Shown: in pieces, positions 1 to 9,397 of the stretch
Layout: each line of letters starts with the position of its first letter
Numbering within the stretch: the stretch's first letter is position 1
Origin: Bacillota bacterium
Lineage (GTDB): Bacteria > Bacillota > Sulfobacillia > RBS10-35 > Bu92
DNA length: 64,000 bases
NCBI GenBank assembly: GCA_014896375.1
Contig: JADBKN010000046.1
Span: forward strand, 3,376 to 67,375
Direction: 5' to 3'
The notes under the pieces: model-generated
What the model was told of the DNA's origin: nothing
The model's input: the letters and a program-made list of their open reading frames with translations, nothing else
The model's database searches: none
Program-made: the position numbers and the translations under genes

Positions 1-2116
1 CGTTCTTGCCCTTCGGCATCGGCAGCTGGACGTAGTTCTCGTTGCCGACGGTGAAGTAGTAGAACACGTCCTCGCCCTCGACGAACATGCGCCGCAGCCC
101 GTCCTTCACGATGGCCGCGATCTCGAAGGCGAAAGCCGGGTCGTACGCCTTGAGGTTCGGATAGGGGTAGGCCAAGAGGTGGCTGTGGCCGTCCTGGTGC
201 TGCAAGCCCTCGCCGGCCAGCTGCGTGCGCCCGCAGAGCCCGCCCACAAGGAAGCCCTTCACACGCTGCTCGGCCGCGGCCCAGGCGAGATCGCCGAAGC
301 GCTGCAGCCCGAACATCGAGTAGAACCAGAAGAAGGGCACCATGGTGATGCCGTTCGTGTAGCCCGACGTGCCGGCCGCGATGAACGACGCCATCGCGCC
401 GTCCTCCGTGATGCCCTCCTCCAGCATCTGGCCGTTCTCGGCCTCCTTATACGGGAGAAGGGTGTTCGAGTCGACGGGGTCGTACAGCTGCCCGACGGGC
501 GAGTAGATGCCGATCTGGCGGAAGAGGCTCTCCATACCGAACGTGCGCGCCTCGTCCGGGACGATCGGCACGATGCGCGCGCCGATGTTCTTGTCGCGCA
601 GGAGGTTCGTGAGGAGGCGCACCGTCGCCATGGTGGTGCTGACCTTGCGGTCGCTGCCCTCCTTGAACTCCTCGAAGGCGGCCGCGTCCGGCGCAGGCAG
701 CCGCTCCATGGTCTCGCGCCGCTGCGGCAGGCTCCCGCCCAGCGCGCGGCGGCGCTCCCGCGCGTAGGTGACCTCGCGGCTGTCGTCCGCGGGGCGATAG
801 AACTCGACGGCGCGCACCTGCTCATCGGTGAGCGGCAGGCCCAGCCGGTCGCGGAAGGCGAGCAGTTCGTCGTCGTCCATCTTCTTCCGGTCATGGGCGA
901 CGTTCCGCGCCTCGTCCTTCTCGCCCAGAAGATAGCCCTTCACGGTCTGGGTGAGGATGACGACGGGCGAGCCGGTGTGCTCCACCGCCGCCTTGTACGC
1001 GGCATAGACCTTGACCGGGTCATGGCCGCCGCGGCGCAGCTGCTTCAGCTGCACGTCCGAGAGGTGGTCGACGAGCTCCTTCAGTTCCGGCGTGTTGAAG
1101 AGGTGCTCCCGCATGTAGGCGCCGCTCTCGACGGCGTACTTCTGGAGCTCCCCGTCCAGCACGCGGTTCAGGCGCTCCACCAGCCGGCCGTCGCGGTCGC
1201 GCGCGAGGATCGGGTCCCAGTCGCTGGACCAGAGCACCTTGATCACGTGCCAGCCGGCGCCGCGGAAGAGCGCCTCGAGCTCCTGGATGATCTTGCTGTT
1301 GCCGCGCACCGGGCCGTCCAACCGCTGCAGGTTGCAGTTGACGACGAAGATGAGGTTGTCGAGCTCCTCCCGCGCCGCGAGGCGCAGCGCGCCTGTGGCT
1401 TCGGGCTCGTCCATCTCGCCGTCGCCGAGGAAGGCCCAGACCTTCGCGTCGCTGCGCGGCTTGAGCCCGCGGTGCTCCAGGTAGCGGTCGAAACGCGCCT
1501 GGTAGATCGCCATGAGAGGGCCGAGGCCCATCGACACGGTGGGGAACTGCCAAAACCCCGGCATCAGCCATGGGTGCGGGTAGGAGGAGAGGCCGCCCCC
1601 CTCCGCGAGCTCGCGGCGGAAGTTGTGCAGCTGCGTCTCCGTGATGCGCCCTTCAAGGAAGGCGCGCGCGTAGATGCCGGGTGCGGCGTGGCCCTGGAAG
1701 AAGACCTTGTCGCCGCCGCTCGGGTGGTCCGGGCCACGGAAGAAATGGTGGAAGCCGACTTCATACAGGGTGGCCGCCGACGCGTAGGTGGAGAGGTGGC
1801 CGCCGATGCCGTCCTCGCGCCGGTTGGCGCGCACGACCATCGCCGCCGCGTTCCAGCGCAGGATGTTCTCGATGCGCCGCTCGATCTCCAGGTCCCCGGG
1901 GTAGGGCGGCTGCCGGTCTTCAGGGATGGTGTTGATGTAGGGCGTCGTCAGGGGGACGGGGGTGTCGATGCCGGCCTGCTGCGCCCGCGCGCGCAGCGCG
2001 GCGAGGAGCTCGCGGACGCGCTGCGGGCCTTCCTTCTGGATGACGAAATCCAGCGACTCCAGCCACTCGCGGGTCTCGATCTCGCGGATGAGCTCGTCCA
2101 GGGTGGTGTTCGCCAT
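1..2116 (-). CDS. aceE: Pyruvate dehydrogenase E1, homodimeric AceE type (3' end runs off the window)
   Basis: Manual translation from ATG at 2116: [25 protein letters not shown]...TTPYINTIP...[11 protein letters not shown]...[12 protein letters not shown]...GGHLSTYAS...[10 protein letters not shown]...GDGEMDEPE (TPP motif)...[11 protein letters not shown]. Absent from the ORF track because it has no stop inside the window. Confidence 0.95.
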   Translation of the reverse strand, partial: MANTTLDELIREIETREWLESLDFVIQKEGPQRVRELLAALRARAQQAGIDTPVPLTTPYINTIPEDRQPPYPGDLEIERRIENILRWNAAAMVVRANRREDGIGGHLSTYASAATLYEVGFHHFFRGPDHPSGGDKVFFQGHAAPGIYARAFLEGRITETQLHNFRRELAEGGGLSSYPHPWLMPGFWQFPTVSMGLGPLMAIYQARFDRYLEHRGLKPRSDAKVWAFLGDGEMDEPEATGALRLAAREELDNLIFVVNCNLQRLDGPVRGNSKIIQELEALFRGAGWHVIKVLWSSDWDPILARDRDGRLVERLNRVLDGELQKYAVESGAYMREHLFNTPELKELVDHLSDVQLKQLRRGGHDPVKVYAAYKAAVEHTGSPVVILTQTVKGYLLGEKDEARNVAHDRKKMDDDELLAFRDRLGLPLTDEQVRAVEFYRPADDSREVTYARERRRALGGSLPQRRETMERLPAPDAAAFEEFKEGSDRKVSTTMATVRLLTNLLRDKNIGARIVPIVPDEARTFGMESLFRQIGIYSPVGQLYDPVDSNTLLPYKEAENGQMLEEGITEDGAMASFIAAGTSGYTNGITMVPFFWFYSMFGLQRFGDLAWAAAEQRVKGFLVGGLCGRTQLAGEGLQHQDGHSHLLAYPYPNLKAYDPAFAFEIAAIVKDGLRRMFVEGEDVFYYFTVGNENYVQLPMPKGKN

Positions 2117-2256
2117 GGTCCCCAGTCCTTTACCTTCAATGTCTCTGAAAACCAGTCCTCTACCACTATACCCTTGACGGCGCGGATTCTGTAGGGCTGG
2201 CGCGGGCTGGGGCGCGCGGGGCGCGGCCGCGGCGCGGGGGCGGCCGCGTGCCGATG

Positions 2257-2283
2257 AAAAAAAGCGCCTCCAAAGGAGGCGCT
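2257..2283 (-). terminator. Intrinsic terminator downstream of tRNA-Lys
   Basis: Minus strand AGCGCCTCC-TTT-GGAGGCGCT followed by a T run. Confidence 0.8.
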
Positions 2284-2291
2284 GTCCGCAA

Positions 2292-2364
2292 TGGGCTCGC
2301 AGGGAGTCGAACCCTGAACCTACCGGTTAAGAGCCGGTTGCTCTGCCAATTGAGCTACGAGCCC
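2292..2364 (-). tRNA. tRNA-Lys (anticodon CTT); CCA not encoded
   Basis: Reverse complement GGGCTCGTAGCTCAATTGGCAGAGCAACCGGCTCTTAACCGGTAGGTTCAGGGTTCGACTCCCTGCGAGCCCA folds as a cloverleaf with anticodon loop CT-CTT-AA. Confidence 0.95.
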
Positions 2365-2370
2365 AGAGCC

Positions 2371-2399
2371 ATTTTCCACAAGCATGCGCGCGCCGTCAA
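2371..2399 (-). promoter_or_regulatory. Putative sigma-A promoter for tRNA-Lys
   Basis: Minus strand TTGACG-17 nt-GAAAAT just upstream of the tRNA. Confidence 0.45.
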
Positions 2400-2610
2400 C
2401 GGCAAATGCAGGGCGGGAGCGGCGCACGGTCACGGTCGCGGTCGCGCGGTGCGGTCGCGCTTGGGCGGCGCGGCGTGGTCGCGGTTGCGCGGTTACGGTT
2501 GCGCGGTCACGGTGGGGCGCCACACCCATTGGCGTGCGGCCGTCATCCGTACGGGCTGAGAAAGGATGAAGCGCCCCGGCTCCGCCGGGGCGCCAAACCG
2601 CTCAAAATCT

Positions 2611-2687
2611 TGGTAGCGGCGGGTGGATTCGAACCACCGACACTGCGGGTATGAACCGCATGCTCTGACCAGCTGAGCTACGCCGCC
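2611..2687 (-). tRNA. tRNA-Met (CAT), elongator type, CCA encoded
   Basis: Reverse complement GGCGGCGTAGCTCAGCTGGTCAGAGCATGCGGTTCATACCCGCAGTGTCGGTGGTTCGAATCCACCCGCCGCTACCA; paired first base pair, no initiator GGG/CCC anticodon stem. Confidence 0.93.
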
Positions 2688-2701
2688 ACGTGGCACACGT
2701 G

Positions 2702-2731
2702 ATTATACCAGCGCCGCGTTCGCGCCGGCAA
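2702..2731 (-). promoter_or_regulatory. Putative sigma-A promoter for tRNA-Met
   Basis: Minus strand TTGCCG-18 nt-TATAAT with TG extension, 14 nt before the tRNA. Confidence 0.6.
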
Positions 2732-3068
2732 GCAGGCGCCGCCATCGCCGCGCGGCCGCCGAAGCGAGTCGTCGCCTTGGAATCAAACGGCGCGCAAAAA
2801 CGGGAACTGCGGCCACATGTGGCGCGGCGAGTGCCAGCGTTGGCGAGTGCCAGCGTTTCGGTCGGCGACAGGCTACGTTCATTTGCCCGCGACTGATCCC
2901 CAACGCTCCCACTCGCAGCCGCCCGGGGCAGAAGGCGCATTTTGGGTTTGTTGACAAACCCGAAACAGGCCTTAGCACCATCCGGCGACAACCGGTCCAT
3001 CGCATGACGGCCGTGCCATCGCCGCACGATCGCCGCCCCGCGCGCCCGCGCCACCGCGCGCCCCCGCC

Positions 3069-4841
3069 TCACCCGGGCCCCGCGCCGGCCGCCTCCCGCG
3101 CCCCGTGTCCCGCACCTGCCTCCGCCTCCGCCACCGCCACACTCGCCGCAGGCGGCATGGGCGCCGTCGTCGCGAACTCCCGCCAGGCGTCCCGGCCGAA
3201 GCGGCCGAAGAGCGCGAACACGCAATAGTCCCGCTCCTGCGGCCGCCCCTGCGGGCGCAGCGCGTCGCGCAGGCGCTGCCAGCGGCGCCACTCGTCGCGG
3301 TGGGCGCGGCGCTGGTGCTGGCGCGCCTTCGCCGCGAAGTAGTCGAGCTGGCGGCGCACGCGCTCCAGGTTCGCGCGGCCGATCGGCTCCAGGTGCGGGC
3401 TGACGCGCGCGCGCAGCTCGCCGATCAGCCGCTCGTACGCGGCCTCGACGGCCCCGCGCGCCTCGGCGAAGAGCACGTCCACATCGGCGCCGTCGGCGGC
3501 CGCGAGCCGCTCCTGCAGGCGCGCCCGCCAGGCCGGCTCGTCGAAGAAGGTCTCCACGGACACGCCCCAGCGCGCCGCGTCCTCAGCCCACTCCGGCCAG
3601 ACGACGGTCGCCGAGAGCCGCGGCGTCCACACCGGCGCCTGCCAGCCGGCCACCGCGTACGCCGGCAGCACCTCCGGCAGGTAGGCGAGCTCGCCGGGCC
3701 CGCCCACCTGCACCACCGTGGGCAGGAGCCAGTCCTGCACCAGCGGCCTCAAGGGCGCGGCGGGGCTGAACATCTCCGGCTCCGCCACGATCGCCTCCGG
3801 CAGGCGCGCGCGCTCGACCGACCATTCCCCGTGACGCGTGGCGGCCAACGCACCCTCGCGCACGAGGGCCAGCCGCCGGCCCTGCACGTAACGGAAGAGG
3901 CAGAGGCTGCGCCGGTCGATGGGCATCTGCGGCGCGAAGCCGGCCGCGCGCACGCGCCGCTCTCCCTCGGCCAGCGCATCCACCACATCGTCCGCGCGCG
4001 CCATGAGCGCCGCGAGCGGCGCGGCCGAGAGCCGCCGGATCTCGGGCGACATCGGATCGAGGAGCACCAGCCCGTCGTCCTCAAAGAGCGACGCCAGCTG
4101 GCGGGCGAACCACTCCCCCAGCGTCTGCGAGCGCTCGAGCGTGCGCAGGATGGCGTCCTCCAGCCAGGCGCGGCCGGGCGACGCGGTCGGCGCCGCGCCC
4201 TCGACGAGCTCCTGCGCGAGGCGGCGCGCAGCCGGAGGTACGGGCAGCGTCCCCACGGAGCGCAGCGCAGGCGCCGGCGGCAGGCGGAACGGCAGCCGGC
4301 GCCCCGCGGCATCGAAGCCGGAGACGGACGCGGCTTCGTCGTAGTCATGATCCTCGCCCGCGATCCAGAAGACCGGCACGACGGGCCGGCCCAGCTCCGC
4401 CTCCAGCCGCTCCGCCAGCCGCAGCGCGGTGACGGCCTTATAGGCCGTGTAGGCCGGCCCCGTGAAGAGGCCGGCCTGCTGTCCCGTCACCACGACCACG
4501 GCGTCCGGGTTGCGCAGCTCCGCCGCGCGCGCGCAGGCACGCGGCGAGTTGCCCACCCGCTCCTGATACGTCACAAGCGCGCGCGCCAGGGCGGCGCGAT
4601 GCTCCAGCGCCGCCGCCGCGCCGCCGTGCGCCTCCGTCCAACCCTCCGCGAGCCAGCGCGCGCGGGAGGCGTAACCCTCGGGCGCGAAGGGATGGGCCGG
4701 GTACAGCCCGGCGACGCGCGAAAAATCGTCGATGAGGGCTCCCGCCAGGGAGCCCTCGTCCCGCACGGTTGGATGGTAGCGCCATCGACAGCCCACAACT
4801 CGACCCCCGAGCGCAATCGCGGTATCGCCGTCGTCCACCAT
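3069..4841 (-). CDS. bshC: Bacillithiol biosynthesis cysteine-adding enzyme BshC (start uncertain, possibly GTG 4766)
   Basis: VVVTGQQAGLFTGPAYTAYKA, PVFWIAGEDHDYDE, FSPAAPLRPLVQD..LP, GGPGELAY, PQER motifs. Confidence 0.92.
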   Translation of the reverse strand: MVDDGDTAIALGGRVVGCRWRYHPTVRDEGSLAGALIDDFSRVAGLYPAHPFAPEGYASRARWLAEGWTEAHGGAAAALEHRAALARALVTYQERVGNSPRACARAAELRNPDAVVVVTGQQAGLFTGPAYTAYKAVTALRLAERLEAELGRPVVPVFWIAGEDHDYDEAASVSGFDAAGRRLPFRLPPAPALRSVGTLPVPPAARRLAQELVEGAAPTASPGRAWLEDAILRTLERSQTLGEWFARQLASLFEDDGLVLLDPMSPEIRRLSAAPLAALMARADDVVDALAEGERRVRAAGFAPQMPIDRRSLCLFRYVQGRRLALVREGALAATRHGEWSVERARLPEAIVAEPEMFSPAAPLRPLVQDWLLPTVVQVGGPGELAYLPEVLPAYAVAGWQAPVWTPRLSATVVWPEWAEDAARWGVSVETFFDEPAWRARLQERLAAADGADVDVLFAEARGAVEAAYERLIGELRARVSPHLEPIGRANLERVRRQLDYFAAKARQHQRRAHRDEWRRWQRLRDALRPQGRPQERDYCVFALFGRFGRDAWREFATTAPMPPAASVAVAEAEAGAGHGAREAAGAGPG

Positions 4842-4868
4842 ATGTCTTTATCACAACCGCCGCCGCGC

Positions 4869-5318
4869 TTAGAGCGGCAGCTCCACGACGGCCTGGCCGC
4901 GGCTCAGGACGCGCTCCCCGCGCTGGTTGACGCCCGTGAGCGCAAGCCGCAGCCGTCCCACGCGGCCTCCGGAGCCCTCCACCACTTCCGCGGCCGTCAC
5001 CTCGCCCGTGCAGGTGAGGGTGTCTCCCGGGCGGACGACACCCGAGAAACGCACCGAGAGCGAGCGCAGCGCGGCCGGGTCGCCCAGCCACTCCGTCAGC
5101 ATCGTGCCGAGGAAGGCCATGCTCAGAAGCCCATGGGCGATGATGCCGTCCAGCCCCACGCTCCGCGCGAACTCCTCGTCCAGGTGGATCGGGTTGCGGT
5201 CGCCGGACGCCTCCGCGTACGCCGCGATCTGCTCCCGCGTGACAGTGCGCACGAGGGGCGGGATGGCGGCGCCCACGGGGTAGTCGCCGAAACGCGGGCG
5301 GAGCGCGCCGGCGCTCAT
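4869..5318 (-). CDS. MaoC/HadB-like hot-dog dehydratase
   Basis: YAEASGDRNPIHLDEEFARSVGLDGIIAHG hydratase-2 motif; ATG 5318 overlaps the upstream stop (ATGA). Confidence 0.88.
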   Translation of the reverse strand: MSAGALRPRFGDYPVGAAIPPLVRTVTREQIAAYAEASGDRNPIHLDEEFARSVGLDGIIAHGLLSMAFLGTMLTEWLGDPAALRSLSVRFSGVVRPGDTLTCTGEVTAAEVVEGSGGRVGRLRLALTGVNQRGERVLSRGQAVVELPL

Positions 5319-5758
5319 CGCTCGCCACCTCCGCGGACGACGAACGTCGCGCGGCCGCGCACGACGGCCTCGCCCGCGCCGTCCCGCGCCTCCGTGGCGA
5401 TCACGATGAACTGGTGGCCCGCGCGCGCGTAGGCCTCGACCACCTCGCCGGCCACGGTGAGCCGCTCGCCGGCGACGACCGGCCGGGCGAACTCGTACGC
5501 CTGGTCGCCGTGCACGAGGCGGCCGAGGTCGACGGCGAGCTCGGGATCGGTGAGCAGCGCCAGGACCGGCTTCATCATGAAGATGGCGGCCGCGGTGGGC
5601 GGCGCCGCGATGTCGGGGTACCCCGCGCGGCGCGCGGCGTCCGCGTCGCGGTAGAGGGGGTTCGGATCGCCCACGGCGTCCGCGTACGCGCGGATCTCCG
5701 CGGCGGTGAGGGTGTGTTCGATCGGCGCGCTGCGCCGGCCGACGATCTCGCCCGTCAT
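5315..5758 (-). CDS. MaoC N-terminal/HadA-like hot-dog protein
   Basis: IRAYADAVGDPNPLYRD..AA...GYPDIAAPPT, LVHGDQAYEFARPV. Confidence 0.85.
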   Translation of the reverse strand: MTGEIVGRRSAPIEHTLTAAEIRAYADAVGDPNPLYRDADAARRAGYPDIAAPPTAAAIFMMKPVLALLTDPELAVDLGRLVHGDQAYEFARPVVAGERLTVAGEVVEAYARAGHQFIVIATEARDGAGEAVVRGRATFVVRGGGER

Positions 5759-5911
5759 GGAAGGCCTCCTTCAGTGGCCGGCCGTCTGGCGCGGCCGGCC
5801 GACGGCCACTCATTCGCCGCGGGGCGCAGGACGATCCTTCGCCGCCGCGAACTTTGCCTTCCGCGATCCGTCAAAGCATATCGATTCAGTACTCATCGGA
5901 GGTCCAGACGC

Positions 5912-7192
5912 ATGCCACAATGGAACGCTCCCGGCGCCCGCCCGCTCCTCGCCCTCTGTCTCGCCGCCGCCCTCCTGACGAGCGGCTGCGGCGCGTGGTT
6001 CGCCGCCGCCCCCGGCGGCGCTCCCGACGGCCGGACGGTCCCGCCCGCGACGGCCGGCGGCGGCGGTGCGATAGCCGGCGGCGGCGCGGCACCTGGCGGC
6101 AGCACGGCGGCCGGCGGCGCGGCGACGGGCGGCGGCGCCTCCAGCGAGGCGCCCGGAGCCGACGCCCCGGGAGCCTCCGGCGGCGGTGCCGAGGCCGAAG
6201 CCCTGCGCGCCCTCGGCCTCACGCCGCCGCCGGCGCATGTGCCGCCCGGGCCGCTCGCGCCCAATGAGGCCGGGCAGATCATGGTGCTCATGTACCACCA
6301 GATCCGCCGCGACAGCCGCGACTGGCGCTGGTCGCGCACGCCGGAGGGCTTCCGCCAGGACCTCGAGGCGCTCTATGAACGCGGCTACCGGCCCGTGAAC
6401 ATGGTCGACGTCGTCCGCGGCCGCATCGACGTGCCGCGCGGCTACACGCCGGTGGTGCTCACCTTCGACGACTCCACGGAAGGCCAGCTGCGCTTCCTCC
6501 CGGCCGCAGGCGGCTCCACCGCGCCGCCCGCGACGCTCAAGGAGGCCGTGGCGCGCCTCGATCCCGACTGCGCTGTGGGCATCCTCGTCGCCTTCCACGA
6601 GGAGCACCTGGACTGGCCGCTGCGCGCGAGCTTCTACGTCAACGCCGGCACCGGTCCCTTCGGCCCGCGGGACGAAGGTGAGATCAAGCTGCGCCTGCTC
6701 GCCGCGCTCGGTTTCGAGATCGGCAACCACACCTACACGCACGAGAACCTCAACGCGCTTTCGGAAGAGGGGACGAGGCGGCAGCTGGCGCTGGACCAGG
6801 CCGCCGTGGCGAAGGCGGTGCCGGGGTACGAGCTGCTCACGCTGGCGCTGCCCTTCGGCGGCTACCCCAAGCGGCCGGACCTCCTCAAGAGCGGCGAGGC
6901 GGACGGCACGCGTTACCGCAATCTGGCCTTCCTGCTGGTGGGCGCCAATCCGGCGCCGTCGCCGTTCCTCTCGACCTTCGATCCGTACCGCGTGCCGCGC
7001 GTACAGGTCGTCGACCCCGCGCGCAAGCTGTCGGCGACGTTTCCGTACACCTGGCTGGCGGAGTTCGACAAGCATCCGGAGCGGCGGTTTGTGAGCGACG
7101 GCGACCCGGACACCGTCACCGTGCCGCCGGAGGCGGCGCAAAAGGTGCGGCCGGGGGCGTGGCGCGTCGTCGTGGCGGAGGGCAGCCGCTGA
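5912..7192 (+). CDS. Polysaccharide deacetylase family lipoprotein
   Basis: GGAGG RBS; lipobox LLTSGC; Ala/Gly-rich linker; LMYH, VLTFDDS, EIGNHTYTH, ALPFG NodB-type motifs. Confidence 0.85.
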   Translation: MPQWNAPGARPLLALCLAAALLTSGCGAWFAAAPGGAPDGRTVPPATAGGGGAIAGGGAAPGGSTAAGGAATGGGASSEAPGADAPGASGGGAEAEALRALGLTPPPAHVPPGPLAPNEAGQIMVLMYHQIRRDSRDWRWSRTPEGFRQDLEALYERGYRPVNMVDVVRGRIDVPRGYTPVVLTFDDSTEGQLRFLPAAGGSTAPPATLKEAVARLDPDCAVGILVAFHEEHLDWPLRASFYVNAGTGPFGPRDEGEIKLRLLAALGFEIGNHTYTHENLNALSEEGTRRQLALDQAAVAKAVPGYELLTLALPFGGYPKRPDLLKSGEADGTRYRNLAFLLVGANPAPSPFLSTFDPYRVPRVQVVDPARKLSATFPYTWLAEFDKHPERRFVSDGDPDTVTVPPEAAQKVRPGAWRVVVAEGSR

Positions 7193-7237
7193 CGGCGGCG
7201 AAGATCTCTTGAAATCCTCTCTCTGGGAGGGCGCCCC

Positions 7238-8107
7238 TTGCAGGAACGGCGCTTGCCCGTCTGGGACACATCGGTGCTGCTGCTGGAAGACGGCCCGCCG
7301 GGCGGGCCGTGCGTGGCGCTGATGCACGGCCTCGGCAGCGGGGCGCGGGCATGGGAGGAGCCCATGCGCTGCCTCGCGGGCGCGGGGCTGCGCTGCCTGG
7401 CCTTCGACCTTCCCGGCTTCGGAGAGACGCCGCCGCTGCCAGGCCGCGTCCTCCACCGCCCGGAGGAGGCGGCGGCGTACGTCACCGCCGTGCTGGACGC
7501 GGCTGGCGTGGCGCGGGCGCACCTCGTGGGCTGGTCGCTGGGCGGCGGCGTCGCCTTGCACGCCGCCCTGCGCGCGCCGGAGCGCGTGGCCGGGCTCGTG
7601 CTCGTCGCCTCGGCGGCGCTGGGTGCGGACGTCTCCTGGGGAATCCGGCTCATGGGCGTGCCGCTCATAGGGCCGCGGCTCCTGGCCGCGATGCCTCCCC
7701 TGCCGCCCGAGGGCGATTTCGTCCGCGTGCCGCCCGCGCTGGCCCACCGGCCGCTGCCGCGCGCGTTCGTCGCCGCTCACCTCGACATGCTCCGCCAGCC
7801 GTGGTTCGTCCCGGCGCAGCACGCGCTCCTCCGCCGGCTGGGCGTGGCGCTCTTCGGGCAGCGGCGCGCGCAGGTGACCCATGAGCTGCACCGCATCCAG
7901 GCGCCGGTCCTCATCCTCTGGGGGCGGGAGGACCGCTTGATCCCGCCGGCGCACGGCCGGCGGGCGGCGCTCCTTCTGCCCAACGCGCGCCATGTGGAGT
8001 ACGAGGACTGCGGGCACTGCCTGCCCGTCGAGCAGCCCGAGCGCTTCTGCCGCGACGTCCTTGCCTTCGTCCGGGAGACGGCCGCCGGCGGCCTCGGGCG
8101 CGCGTGA
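7238..8107 (+). CDS. Alpha/beta hydrolase
   Basis: HGLG oxyanion region, DLPGFG, GWSLGG nucleophile elbow, WGREDRLIP, CGHC. Confidence 0.9.
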   Translation: MQERRLPVWDTSVLLLEDGPPGGPCVALMHGLGSGARAWEEPMRCLAGAGLRCLAFDLPGFGETPPLPGRVLHRPEEAAAYVTAVLDAAGVARAHLVGWSLGGGVALHAALRAPERVAGLVLVASAALGADVSWGIRLMGVPLIGPRLLAAMPPLPPEGDFVRVPPALAHRPLPRAFVAAHLDMLRQPWFVPAQHALLRRLGVALFGQRRAQVTHELHRIQAPVLILWGREDRLIPPAHGRRAALLLPNARHVEYEDCGHCLPVEQPERFCRDVLAFVRETAAGGLGRA

Positions 8108-8264
8108 CGTGCGCGCGCGACGGCCTCGCGTGACGTGCGCGTTGGACGGCCGCGCCGCTGCGGCGCGCAACCGTCGCGCGCCGCGCGCGTGAGCGGCCGC
8201 CGGCGCATGAAACGGCGCGCGACGCGCCATCCTAACGGCAGAACACGTGGAGGAGGTGCGTCGC

Positions 8265-8528
8265 GTGACGCTGACCGATTCTTTTGAGAACTTTCTCACT
8301 GAACTGAAGCAGAAGATTGAAGTGGCGAAGACGACGGGCATGTCGGAGTCGCAGATCACGAACCAGGCCGCCAAGGTGGGCGACTGGCTCTCCAAGTACT
8401 ACGACCCGAAAAGCCCGGAGCAGCGCCTGCTGAAAGAGCTTTGGGACGTCAGCAGCGAGAGCGAGCAGAAGGCGATCGCCTCCGCCCTCTATAAGCTCGT
8501 GGAGCGCAAGGTGCCGGCCACCCGTTAG
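8265..8528 (+). CDS. Small conserved Firmicute protein, YmfJ/DUF3243-like
   Basis: GGAGGAGG RBS; ..KVGDWLSKYYDPKSPEQRLLKELWDV...EQKAIASALYKLV. Confidence 0.75.
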   Translation: MTLTDSFENFLTELKQKIEVAKTTGMSESQITNQAAKVGDWLSKYYDPKSPEQRLLKELWDVSSESEQKAIASALYKLVERKVPATR

Positions 8529-8558
8529 GACCGCGCCCCGCCCACCCTTGACGTGAAG

Positions 8559-8590
8559 AAGCCCCCGGCGGGTGCACCGCCGGGGGCTTT
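8559..8590. terminator. Bidirectional intrinsic terminator
   Basis: AAGCCCCCGGCGG-GTGCA-CCGCCGGGGGCTT between convergent genes. Confidence 0.8.
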
Positions 8591-8636
8591 CGGGTTCACG
8601 CAGGGACACGCAATCGGCGCTTCCGGGAGGGCGGGC

Positions 8637-8873
8637 CTACTTCTGGAAGAAGGCCCGGTTCTTTTCAATGTAGTGGCGCCACTTCTCCGGAACTTCATCC
8701 TCGTCGTAGATGGCTTCCACCGGGCAGGCCGTGGTGCAGAGGCTGCAGCCGATGCACTCGTCCGGGTTGATGTAGTACTGGTCCTCGCCTTCGTAGATGC
8801 AGTTGACCGGGCACACCTCGACGCAGCTGGCGTCTTTGACCCCGATGCAGGGTTCGGTGATGACGAAGATCAT
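8637..8873 (-). CDS. Dicluster (7Fe/8Fe) ferredoxin
   Basis: CIGVKDASCVEVCPVNCI and CIGCSLCTTACPVEAI. Confidence 0.95.
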   Translation of the reverse strand: MIFVITEPCIGVKDASCVEVCPVNCIYEGEDQYYINPDECIGCSLCTTACPVEAIYDEDEVPEKWRHYIEKNRAFFQK

Positions 8874-8941
8874 GACTCGCCCTCCTCCCGTGCGCTCCGA
8901 TGTACCTCATCCATGCTAGCATACACGGCAAGGGGCTGAAT

Positions 8942-9397
8942 ATGGACGAGATCGACCGCTACCTGGCGGACCACCTGCAGCGGGATGCCCGCGCGTCCTG
9001 GAGCGAGCTGGGCCGCGTCGTCGGCCTCACCGGCCCGGCCGTGGCGGAGCGCGTGCGCAAGCTGGAGCGCGCCGGCTGGATCCAGGGCTACCACGCCCAC
9101 CTCAACCCCGCTCGCTGGGGCTTCGGGTTGATGGCCTTCGTGGCCGTGACGATCAGCGCTCCGGAGTACTACCCGGGGTTCCTCGCGGCCATCGCCGGGC
9201 GGCCCGAGGTGCTCGAGTGCCACCACGTCACCGGCGACGACTCGTACCTCATGAAGGTCACCGTCCCGGACACGGCCCACCTGGAGACGTTCATCATGGA
9301 AGTGCTGAAGACCCTGCCCGGCGTGCAGCGCACGCGCACCACCATCGTGATGTCCTCGCCCAAGGAGTGGAGCCCGCTGCCGCTATCGCAGGTGTAG
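8942..9397 (+). CDS. Lrp/AsnC family transcriptional regulator
   Basis: MDEIDR..L..LQRDARASWSELGRVVGLT..AV.ERVRKLE..G.I.GY HTH; ECHHVTGDDSYLMKV. Confidence 0.93.
   Translation: MDEIDRYLADHLQRDARASWSELGRVVGLTGPAVAERVRKLERAGWIQGYHAHLNPARWGFGLMAFVAVTISAPEYYPGFLAAIAGRPEVLECHHVTGDDSYLMKVTVPDTAHLETFIMEVLKTLPGVQRTRTTIVMSSPKEWSPLPLSQV

Noticed and set aside
179-2194. 671-aa plus-strand ORF
   Set aside because: Antisense shadow of aceE; stop codons are rare at this GC content
2424-2513. CRISPR array
   Set aside because: Units are 5-8 bp with no spacers; no repeat-spacer array or cas gene seen anywhere in the window
2292-2687. tRNA-targeted genomic island
   Set aside because: No integrase nearby and no duplicated tRNA 3' end seen in the window
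2826-2857. CIRCE (HrcA) operator
   Set aside because: GAGTGCCA half-sites are in direct, not inverted, orientation and no chaperone gene follows
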